Shown here: positions 19,339 through 27,316 of the stretch, one piece after another
Layout of the letters: each line of letters starts with the position of its first letter
How positions within the stretch are numbered: the first letter of the stretch is position 1
Assembly (NCBI GenBank): GCA_963555995.3
Contig: OY821641.1
Location: forward strand, 768,001 to 832,000
DNA length: 64,000 nucleotides
Source of the DNA: Vicinamibacteria bacterium
GTDB taxonomy: Bacteria; Acidobacteriota; Vicinamibacteria; Marinacidobacterales; Marinacidobacteraceae
Direction of reading: 5' to 3'
Translations under genes and position numbers: made by a program
The notes under the pieces: generated by a model
What the model was told of the DNA's origin: nothing
Databases searched by the model: none
What the model saw: the letters and a program-made list of their open reading frames with translations, nothing else

Positions 19339-19587
19339 GGGAAAGGCCCTCCTTGACGAGAGACGGTTCGGCTCGGGACTGTATGGGACAACCGAACCGA
19401 GGTCGAACCGCAAGTCCCGCACCAGCGACGGATTTCTGGAGATACGCGGTAAATCGTTGAAACCAGGTTTCTTCAGAGTGCCTTCAGCGACCCGCCAACA
19501 GGTTTCTCCAATAACCCGAATTGCGATTCGGCTTCCCGTTCGGGGTTCCCGCGGCTTCGGGCGCCGCAAGTCCTCATAATCCGGGGG

Positions 19588-20427
19588 GTGCGGAACCGCA
19601 TCGCTCCCGCCGGCCTCAGGAGCCGGCTCGCCGTCTCATCCCGGATCGATCCGGAGAGCGAGGTGCGGGACCGGGTGGCTTTCCTGCGGGCGTACCTGGT
19701 GGCCAGCGGACAGCGGAGTCTCTGGCTCGCGGTGTCCGGCGGCGTGGACTCGGCGCTCGCCGGGCGGCTCGCTGCATTGGCCGTCGCCGCGGCGAATCGG
19801 GACGGGGGGGCGTACCGCTTCGTCGCGGTGCGGCTCCCCTACGGCAGGCAGCGCGACGCCGCCGACGCCGAGCGCGTGCTGGCGTGGATCGAGCCGTCGG
19901 AAGTGGTGAGCGTGAACATCGACAGGGCGGTCCGGGCGCTCGAAGCGTCGCTGCCCGGGGACCGGCTGGAGGCGGGTTCCGAGACGCTCCGCGACTTCGC
20001 CCGGGGAAACACGAAGGCGCGGGTGCGGATGGCGGTGCAGTACCACCTCGCGAACCTCGCGGGCGGACTCGTGGTGGGGACGGACCACTCCGCCGAGGCG
20101 CTCGTCGGGTTCTTCACCAAGTTCGGCGACGGCGGGGTGGACGTGTGTCCGCTCTTCGGGCTCAGCAAGCGCCAGGTGCGCCGGTTGGCGGCCCATCTCG
20201 GCGCGCCGGAGGCGATCGTCGCCAAGGCGCCGACCGCCGACCTCGAGGACCTGCGGCCGGGGCTCCCGGACGAGGAGGCGCTGGGAGTCCGCTACCGGGA
20301 GATTGACGACTACCTGGAGGGCCTGCCGGTGCCCGCCGAGGTCGCGGACCGGATTGACGCGCTCTACCGCGCCACCGAACACAAGCGCCGGACCCCGGTG
20401 GTGCCGCAGGACACCTGGTGGCGGTAG
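19588..20427 (+). CDS. nadE: NH3-dependent NAD+ synthetase
   Basis: SGGVDS, RLPYG, GNTKARVRM, GTDHSAE, GFFTKFGDG, KAPTADL, EHKR. Confidence 0.95.
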   Translation: MRNRIAPAGLRSRLAVSSRIDPESEVRDRVAFLRAYLVASGQRSLWLAVSGGVDSALAGRLAALAVAAANRDGGAYRFVAVRLPYGRQRDAADAERVLAWIEPSEVVSVNIDRAVRALEASLPGDRLEAGSETLRDFARGNTKARVRMAVQYHLANLAGGLVVGTDHSAEALVGFFTKFGDGGVDVCPLFGLSKRQVRRLAAHLGAPEAIVAKAPTADLEDLRPGLPDEEALGVRYREIDDYLEGLPVPAEVADRIDALYRATEHKRRTPVVPQDTWWR

Positions 20428-20449
20428 GGGACAGGTTGCGCAACGGCCT

Positions 20450-20631
20450 GGAACGCCGGTCTCCAGACCGGCACCCGCGGTGCGGAGCGCCGCGGAACTG
20501 GACACCGCCGATCGTTCCGGCGCGCGTGTGCGGCGCTGGCACGCGGCCGGCCTGCACGCCACGGGGGTCGTTGGAGTTACGACGGGCGCAGCGCGGAGCG
20601 CTACGCGTGCCGGTCTGGAGACCGGCGTTCC
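20450..20631. repeat. REPIN: inverted pair of type A REPs (20450-20474, 20607-20631)
   Basis: Two inverted copies between the convergent nadE and thioesterase genes. Confidence 0.9.
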
Positions 20632-20637
20632 AAGCTG

Positions 20638-21033
20638 TTACGCCTGCTGGAGGAGGTAGGTGGCGAGGCCCGCGGCCACCACGCGGTCGTTGTCCTCCAC
20701 GACTTCGACGCGGCAGGAGACCAGGGTGCGGCCCTTGCGGACGACCTCGCCGATGGCCAGCAGGTTGCCCTGGACGACTCCCAGGATGTTGACCTTGTAT
20801 TCCACGAGGCGGATTCCCACCCCGGGAGCGACGGAGGCGGCGGCGAGGTGGCCCGCGGCGACGCAGAGCGTGCCGATGATGCCTCCCTCGAGCGGTCCCG
20901 GCTCGGTGTTCCGGGTCTCGCCCGGAAGATGGATCCGCGAGACGCCGTTGTCCGCGTAGTCGAGCCGGAGCCCGGTCTGTCCCGCGAGGGGGGCGTTGTC
21001 GAGTTCCTTCTGGAGGCGCCGGCGGAGCGACAT
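20638..21033 (-). CDS. PaaI/hotdog-fold thioesterase-like protein
   Basis: GGIIGTL, VEYKVNIL, GEVVRKGRTL. The start may instead be GTG at 21240. Confidence 0.8.
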   Translation of the reverse strand: MSLRRRLQKELDNAPLAGQTGLRLDYADNGVSRIHLPGETRNTEPGPLEGGIIGTLCVAAGHLAAASVAPGVGIRLVEYKVNILGVVQGNLLAIGEVVRKGRTLVSCRVEVVEDNDRVVAAGLATYLLQQA

Positions 21034-21440
21034 CCGCTCGCGTCCGTAGCCGCTGTCGGCCGGTTCGGATTCGCCCAGGACCACCGGCTCGAACTCGGGG
21101 ACCGGATCGGGCCCGCTGGCCGGCGGCCGGGATGCCACCGCGCCGCGGCGCCGCGCGTGGAAGGACTCAGCGGCCGCCCGGGTGCGCCGCGGGGGACTCT
21201 CGGCCTGGGTGGTGGGCCCTCCGGCCCCGGAATCGCTCACGAGATTCCCTTCCCGCGGCGGGAGTGCCGGAACGCGCCGGCCACGCCACGGGCAGCGGCG
21301 GCGCCCAGCCGGACCGGGGACCGAGATGCGGCCGGCAGCCGAAGCCACCGGCTCGTGCCGAATATCACCTAACCGGCCATATTACCACCGACATACCGCC
21401 GCGACGCGGTACATTCCCGTTTCCCGTCGGGAAGCAACTC

Positions 21441-22856
21441 ATGAATCAGCGCACCGGTGAAGCGTTCGACGTCGTCGTCATCGGGAGCGGTCCGGGGGGC
21501 TACGTGGCCGCTCTCAAGGCGCAGGCCGCCGGCCTCCGGACGGCGATCGTCGAGAAGGACGCGCGCTTCGGCGGGACCTGCCTGCACGTCGGCTGCATCC
21601 CGAGCAAGGTCTTTCTCCACACCGCGTCGCTGCTGGACGAGATCCGGGCGGCGAAGAAGATGGGAATCGAGGTGGCCTCCCCGAGCCTCGACTGGGACGG
21701 ACTGAAGCGCCGCAGCCGCCGGGTGATCGCCAAGCTCGCCGGCGGGGTCGCGCTGCTCCTGAAACGGGGCGGGGTGGAGGCTGTTCACGGCTTCGGGAGG
21801 CTGGCCGGCCCGGGCTGCGTCGAGGTCACTGCCCCGGACGGGTCCGAGGGGCGACGTATCGAGGCCCGGAACGTCATCATCGCCACCGGTTCCGAGGCCC
21901 GCACGCTGCCCTTCCTGCCGCTCGACGGCGACCGGATCGTGACCAACGCGGAAATGTTCTCGCTCGACGAGCTTCCCGCCCGGCTCGGGATCATCGGCGC
22001 CGGCGCGGTGGGCGCCGAGTTCGCGTCCATGTTCCGCAGCTACGGCTCCGAGGTGGAGCTCTTCGAGGTGCTGCCCCGGGTCCTGCCGCTCGAAGACGCC
22101 GAAGTCTCCGAAGTCGTGGGCAAGGCGTTCCACAAGCGCCGGATCCGGGTGCGGACCGAAACCCGGGTGGAGGCCGCCGAGGTCGTGGAGACGGGCGTGC
22201 AGGTGCGCTACCGGGCGGGGGAGGAAACCCGGACCGCCGAGTATGACCGGTTGCTGGTGGCGGTGGGGCGGGCGCCGCGCACGGCGGACATCGGCCTCGA
22301 GACCGTCGGCATCGAACTCGAAAGAGGCGGTTTCGTCCCCGTGGACGGGTTGTGCCGAACCGGGGCGCCGGGGGTCTTCGCCATCGGCGACGTGGTCGGG
22401 ACCGCGCAGCTCGCGCACGTCGCTTCCGCGGAGGCGGACGTGGCGGTGGCGACCATCGCCGGCCGCGAAGTCCCGCCGCTCCGCCGGGACCGGATGCCGG
22501 CGGCCACCTACTGCGTGCCGGAAGTGGGTTCGGTGGGGCTGACCGAGGAAGCGGCCGCCGCCGCCGGCCACGAACTCAAGGTCGGCCGCTTCCCCTTCGC
22601 CGCGAACAGCAAGGCCAACATCGTCGGAGATCCGACGGGCTTCGTGAAGGTGGTGGCGGAGGCCGCCTACGGCGAGGTGCTCGGCGTCCACGTCGTCGGT
22701 CCCCACGCCACCGACCTGATCGCGGAGGCGGTGGTGGCGCTCGACCACGAGGCGACCCTGGAATCGCTCGCGCGCAGCGTCCATCCGCACCCGACGCTCT
22801 CCGAGGCGGTGGCCGAAGCGGCGCTCGCCGCTTCCGGCGCGCCGCTCCACGCCTGA
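21441..22856 (+). CDS. lpdA: Dihydrolipoamide dehydrogenase (E3)
   Basis: GSGPGGY, GGTCLHVGCIPSK, ATGS, GAGAVGAE, HPHPTLSE. Confidence 0.96.
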   Translation: MNQRTGEAFDVVVIGSGPGGYVAALKAQAAGLRTAIVEKDARFGGTCLHVGCIPSKVFLHTASLLDEIRAAKKMGIEVASPSLDWDGLKRRSRRVIAKLAGGVALLLKRGGVEAVHGFGRLAGPGCVEVTAPDGSEGRRIEARNVIIATGSEARTLPFLPLDGDRIVTNAEMFSLDELPARLGIIGAGAVGAEFASMFRSYGSEVELFEVLPRVLPLEDAEVSEVVGKAFHKRRIRVRTETRVEAAEVVETGVQVRYRAGEETRTAEYDRLLVAVGRAPRTADIGLETVGIELERGGFVPVDGLCRTGAPGVFAIGDVVGTAQLAHVASAEADVAVATIAGREVPPLRRDRMPAATYCVPEVGSVGLTEEAAAAAGHELKVGRFPFAANSKANIVGDPTGFVKVVAEAAYGEVLGVHVVGPHATDLIAEAVVALDHEATLESLARSVHPHPTLSEAVAEAALAASGAPLHA

Positions 22857-22862
22857 CTCCCG

Positions 22863-23591
22863 GTGGAGCTCCAGGCCGGAACCGCGGCGCCGCCGCTCTG
22901 GCGGCTCGACCTCCGCCCGCTCGGCTACCGGGCCGCCTGGGACTTCCAGCGGGACCTGGTCGAGCGCCGCCAGCGCGACGAGATCCCCGACGTCCTCCTG
23001 CTCACCGAGCACCCGCCGGTCTTCACCCTCGGGAAGAGCGCCCACCGCGAGAACCTGCTGGAACCGCCGGAAGCGCTCGCCGGACGCGGCGCCGAGGTTG
23101 TGGAGACGGACCGCGGCGGGGACGTGACCTTCCACGGCCCCGGCCAACTGGTCGCCTATCCGATCGTGCATCTGGGCGGTTGGCGAAAGGACGTCCACGC
23201 CTATCTGCGGGCGCTGGAGGCGGCCGCCATCGCCACCGCGGCCCGGTTCGGAACGGCGGCCACCCGCCGCGAGGGACTGACCGGGGTGTGGTGCGGCGCG
23301 GCCGGAGCGCCCCGCAAACTGGCCTCCATCGGGGTTCGGGTCTCCCGCTGGGTGGCCTCGCACGGACTGGCGTTCAACGTGACCACCGATCTGGGCTGGT
23401 TCTCGCACATCGTGGCGTGCGGCATCCGGGATGCGGAAGCGACCTCGCTCGAAGCGGAGACCGGCCGCACCGTGCCGCTGGAGGCGGTCGCCGACCGGCT
23501 GGCGGATTCGTTCGCGGAGGTCCTGGGCCGCCGGCTGGTCCCGGCGCCGGAGGACCTGCGAACCCCCGCAGGGGCTCACCACAGCTCCTGA
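22863..23591 (+). CDS. lipB: Octanoyltransferase
   Basis: EHPPVFTLG, DRGGDVTFHGPGQL, KLASIG, HGLAFNV, IVACG. Confidence 0.95.
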   Translation: MELQAGTAAPPLWRLDLRPLGYRAAWDFQRDLVERRQRDEIPDVLLLTEHPPVFTLGKSAHRENLLEPPEALAGRGAEVVETDRGGDVTFHGPGQLVAYPIVHLGGWRKDVHAYLRALEAAAIATAARFGTAATRREGLTGVWCGAAGAPRKLASIGVRVSRWVASHGLAFNVTTDLGWFSHIVACGIRDAEATSLEAETGRTVPLEAVADRLADSFAEVLGRRLVPAPEDLRTPAGAHHSS

Positions 23592-23605
23592 AGGTCGCGG
23601 GCGCC

Positions 23606-24586
23606 GTGCCGGTTACCTACTTCGAGGCCATTCGCCGGGCTCTCCGTTCGGAGATGGAGCGCGACCCGCGGGTGATCCTGCTCGGCGAGGACATCGGCGG
23701 CTACGGGGGGGCGTTCCGCCTGACCGACGGGTTCCTCGACGAGTTCGGCCCCGACCGGGTCATGGATACCCCGATCAGCGAGGAAGGATTCACCGGGATG
23801 GCGGTGGGGGCGGCGCTCGCCGGTTTCCGTCCGGTGGTGGAGTTCCAGTTCATGGACTTCATCGCGAGCGCCTTCAACATGGTCACGAACTTCGCCGCCA
23901 AGAGCCGCTATCGCGCGGGCGCGGCGGTTCCGCTGGTGCTGCGCGGCCCCTCGGGCGCCGGGGTCCGCGCCGGACCCTTCCACTCCCAGAGTCCGGAAGC
24001 GCACTTCGCCCACACGCCGGGCATCAAGGTCGCGGCCCCCGCCACGGCGCCGGATGCCGCCGGTCTGCTGCGCGCCGCCATCCGGGACGACGATCCGGTG
24101 CTCTTCCTGGAACACAAACGCCTCTACCGGAGCCTGAAGGTTCCGGACGGGGAGTTCGAGCGCGCCCCGGAGGTGGTTCCGCTCGGGAAGGCCGCGATCC
24201 GCCGGGCCGGGGACGCGCTCACCATCGCCGCCTACGGGGCCGCGGTGTGGGTGGCGCTCGAAGCCGCGGAGCGACTCGCCGCCGAAGGGGTGGAAGCGGA
24301 GGTGATGGACCTGCGCTGCCTCGTCCCGTTCGACCGGGAGGCGCTCTTCGATTCCGTCCGCCGCACCAGCCGGCTGCTGGTGCTCCACGAGGACAACCTC
24401 ACCGGCGGTTTCGGCGGCGAGATCGCGGCGCTCGCGGCGGAGCACCTCTTCGGCGACCTCGACGCCCCGGTAGCGCGGGTCGCGGCGGCCGACACCCCGG
24501 TGCCCTACGCCGCCGAGCTCGAGGACGCGGTGCTCCCGAACGCGGCCCGCGTGGTGGAGACGGCCCACCGCCTGCTGAGCTACTGA
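23606..24586 (+). CDS. 2-oxoacid dehydrogenase E1 beta subunit
   Basis: GEDIG..GGAF, DTPISE, EFQFMDF, FHSQS, PVLFLEHK. Substrate (pyruvate or branched-chain) not resolvable. Confidence 0.93.
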   Translation: MPVTYFEAIRRALRSEMERDPRVILLGEDIGGYGGAFRLTDGFLDEFGPDRVMDTPISEEGFTGMAVGAALAGFRPVVEFQFMDFIASAFNMVTNFAAKSRYRAGAAVPLVLRGPSGAGVRAGPFHSQSPEAHFAHTPGIKVAAPATAPDAAGLLRAAIRDDDPVLFLEHKRLYRSLKVPDGEFERAPEVVPLGKAAIRRAGDALTIAAYGAAVWVALEAAERLAAEGVEAEVMDLRCLVPFDREALFDSVRRTSRLLVLHEDNLTGGFGGEIAALAAEHLFGDLDAPVARVAAADTPVPYAAELEDAVLPNAARVVETAHRLLSY

Positions 24587-24673
24587 GGCAGCGGGGGGCC
24601 GCGGAAATCGCGGTCGGGCTCCGGAAGTCCCGTGCCAGCGGTGTACCGCTGACCGAGTCCAGGAAAAGCTGTC

Positions 24674-24803
24674 GGCAGCGAACTATGTTCGCTGCCAACG
24701 TGTTCGGGGGAAAGTGTGAAAGGGGGTTACCCCCTTTCACAAGAAGAAAACGACAAATCGGAACTCGCCGAAGGGCGCGTGAGCGCGCGAGGGAGTTTCG
24801 ATT
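24674..24803. repeat. About 130-bp multi-hairpin dispersed repeat, copy 2
   Basis: Hairpins GGCAGCGAAC/GTTCGCTGCC and GTGAAAGGGG/CCCCTTTCAC; matches copy 1 in inverted orientation. Confidence 0.9.
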
Positions 24804-24871
24804 TGCGGCGCGCAGCGCCGGGCGGTTCGGGTGCGGGGCGCGTCGCCCTGTTCGCCGTGGTTGGCGAATCG

Positions 24872-25822
24872 CTAGTCCCGTCGGAGCGCCCCGTGCCCGG
24901 ACCGCTCGGGGATCTGGTTCGCGGCGTGGTACGAACTGCGCACCAGCGGTCCCGCCTCCACGTGCCGGAGCCCCCTCGCCTTCCCGCGCTCGGCGACCGC
25001 CCGGAACTCCTCCGGCGGCACGAACCGCTCGACGGGCAGGTGCGCCGGGGTGGGCTGGAGGTACTGGCCGGCGGTCAGGATGTCCACCGAGTTCCGGACG
25101 AGGTCTTCCATGAGCGCGTCCAGCTCTCCGGCCGTCTCCCCGAGCCCGAGCATCACTCCGGTCTTGGTCAGCGCACCGGGCCGCAGTTCCTTGGCGCGCC
25201 GCAGCAGGTCGAGCGAGCGCTGGTACCGCGCGCCGGGCCGGACCGCCTTGTAGAGCCGCGGCACCGTTTCCACGTTGTGGTTGAGGATCTCGGGCTGCTC
25301 CTCCATCACGACGGCGAGCGCCGCCCAGTCCCCCTGGAAGTCCGGGATCAGCACCTCCACGGTGGTGTCCGGACAGCGCCGCCGGACGGCGCGGATGGTC
25401 TCGGCGAAGATGCCGGCGCCCCCGTCCGCGAGGTCGTCGCGGTTCACCGAGGTGATCACCGCGTGGCGGAGCTCCATGAGCTCGACGGCGTCGGCGACCC
25501 GTTCCGGTTCCTCGAGATCGAGGCCCACCGGGCGTCCGGTGGTCACCGCGCAGAACCGGCAGGCCCGGGTGCAGATGTCCCCCAGGATCATGAACGTCGC
25601 CGTTCCCTGACCCCAGCACTCCGCCACGTTGGGACACCGCGCCTCCTCGCACACCGTGTGGAGGTTCTTCTCGCGGAGGAGGCTGCGGAGCCGTCCCCAG
25701 GTGGGGCCGGAGGGGACCCGCACCCGGAGCCAGTCCGGCCGCGGACGGCGGGCGGGCCGGGATGCGATCCCGGGCGCCGGACCCGCTCCCGAGCCGATCA
25801 CGGGAAGGGGGACCGCGCTCAA
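24872..25822 (-). CDS. lipA: Lipoyl synthase
   Basis: CEEARCPNVAEC, CTRACRFC, RSSY. Confidence 0.97.
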   Translation of the reverse strand: MSAVPLPVIGSGAGPAPGIASRPARRPRPDWLRVRVPSGPTWGRLRSLLREKNLHTVCEEARCPNVAECWGQGTATFMILGDICTRACRFCAVTTGRPVGLDLEEPERVADAVELMELRHAVITSVNRDDLADGGAGIFAETIRAVRRRCPDTTVEVLIPDFQGDWAALAVVMEEQPEILNHNVETVPRLYKAVRPGARYQRSLDLLRRAKELRPGALTKTGVMLGLGETAGELDALMEDLVRNSVDILTAGQYLQPTPAHLPVERFVPPEEFRAVAERGKARGLRHVEAGPLVRSSYHAANQIPERSGHGALRRD

Positions 25823-27156
25823 GATTTGATTTCGCCCTCGGGCCAGTCCTCGAGGCGGGACTTCACGGCGGCCATGAACTGGTCCGCGACCGCGCCGTCA
25901 ATGAGGCGGTGGTCGAAGGACAGGGCCAGGAACACCATGGAACGCACCGCGATGGCGTCGCCGTCCACCACCACCGGCCGCTTGTGCACACCGCCGACGC
26001 CGAGGATCGCGACCTGCGGCTGGGCGATGATGGGCGTGCCGAAGAGGGCCCCGAAGGGGCCGGGATTCGTGATCGTGAAGGTGCCGCCCTGGACTTCCTC
26101 CGGGGTCAGGGCGCCGGCCCGCGCCCGGGCGGCGAGGTCGGTGATTCCGCGGGCCAGCCCCATGAAGTTCCGTTCGTCCGCGCGGTGGAGCACCGGCACG
26201 ATGAGCCCGTCGGGCAGGGCGACGGCGACGCCGAGGTTCACGCTCCGGTGGTACACGACGTGGTCCTCGCCGAGCGAGGCATGGAGCACCGGGAAATCGC
26301 CGAGCGCGTCGATTGCCGCCCGGGCGAAGAAGGGCATCAGCGTGAGCCGCACGCCGGCCCGCTCCTCGAAGGCCGGCCCGTTGGCGGCCCGGATGGCGAC
26401 CACCCGGGACATGTCCACCTCGAACACTGTGGTGACGTGCGCCGAGGTCCGGCGGGAACGGACCATGTGATCGGCGATCGAGCGCCGCATGTGGGTGAGC
26501 GGTTCGCTCCGGTCGCCGTGGAGGCTCACCGGGGCCGCCGGGGACGATTCCGGCGCCGGGGCGGGGATTTCCGCGACAGCATCGCCGGCCTGCGCCGCGG
26601 CGGGAGCCGGCGCCCCGGCCGCTTCCGGAGCGGCGGGCGCCGCCTCGCGGGTCTCGAGGAACGCGAGCATGTCCTGCTTGCTGACCCGGCCGCCATCGCC
26701 GGTCCCCGGGACGTCGGCGAGGTCCACCCCGTGTTCCCGCGCCATGCGCCGCACGAGCGGCGAACTGCGGGGTTGGCGCCGGACCGGCTTGGGGGGCGCA
26801 TCCCCGTCCGCCGCCGGCTCGGGGGTCTCGGGTGCGGTTTCGACCGGAGCGCCGTCGGTTTCGGCGGGAGTTGGCTCGCCGTCCGTTTCCACCGTTTCGG
26901 CGGGGGACCAGACCTCTCCTTCGGCCGCGATGCGCCCGACGACGGTGTTCACCGTGACCGTTTCCCCCTCGGGGACCAGGATCTCCACGAGCCGCCCGGT
27001 CAGGGCGGCGGGCACCTCGGTGTCCACCTTGTCGGTGGCGATGTCGAACAGGGGGTCATCCCGTTCGACGGTGTCACCGACGGCGACCCGCCACTTGGTG
27101 ATCGTCCCCTCGGTGATGCTCTCCCCCATCTGGGGCATGATGATGTCGCTGGCCAC
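25819..27156 (-). CDS. Dihydrolipoamide acyltransferase (E2), single lipoyl domain
   Basis: MPQMGESITEG, TDKV lipoyl Lys, SPLVRRMA E3-binding domain, GGTFTITN, DHRLIDG. Confidence 0.95.
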   Translation of the reverse strand: MASDIIMPQMGESITEGTITKWRVAVGDTVERDDPLFDIATDKVDTEVPAALTGRLVEILVPEGETVTVNTVVGRIAAEGEVWSPAETVETDGEPTPAETDGAPVETAPETPEPAADGDAPPKPVRRQPRSSPLVRRMAREHGVDLADVPGTGDGGRVSKQDMLAFLETREAAPAAPEAAGAPAPAAAQAGDAVAEIPAPAPESSPAAPVSLHGDRSEPLTHMRRSIADHMVRSRRTSAHVTTVFEVDMSRVVAIRAANGPAFEERAGVRLTLMPFFARAAIDALGDFPVLHASLGEDHVVYHRSVNLGVAVALPDGLIVPVLHRADERNFMGLARGITDLAARARAGALTPEEVQGGTFTITNPGPFGALFGTPIIAQPQVAILGVGGVHKRPVVVDGDAIAVRSMVFLALSFDHRLIDGAVADQFMAAVKSRLEDWPEGEIKS

Positions 27157-27260
27157 GGGTGGGGAATTCTATTGTGGCGCCGGGTGGCGCGGGCGTAGGT
27201 GCCGGCTTGGCTCTTGAGGTGGGCCTTGGGACGAGAGCTGCCTTGTCCGGGCGGAGTGGT

Positions 27261-27310
27261 GCCGTGCGCGGCGCGGAGCGCCGCGGTGCCGGTCTGGAGA
27301 CCGGCGTTCC
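27261..27310. repeat. REP type A with extended arm
   Basis: Identical to 4089-4138. Confidence 0.9.
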
Positions 27311-27316
27311 AAGCCG

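Noticed and set aside
24624-24637. TGGCACGGGACTTCC on the minus strand as a sigma-54 promoter
   Set aside because: It lacks the invariant -12 GC and points antisense into the E1-beta gene.
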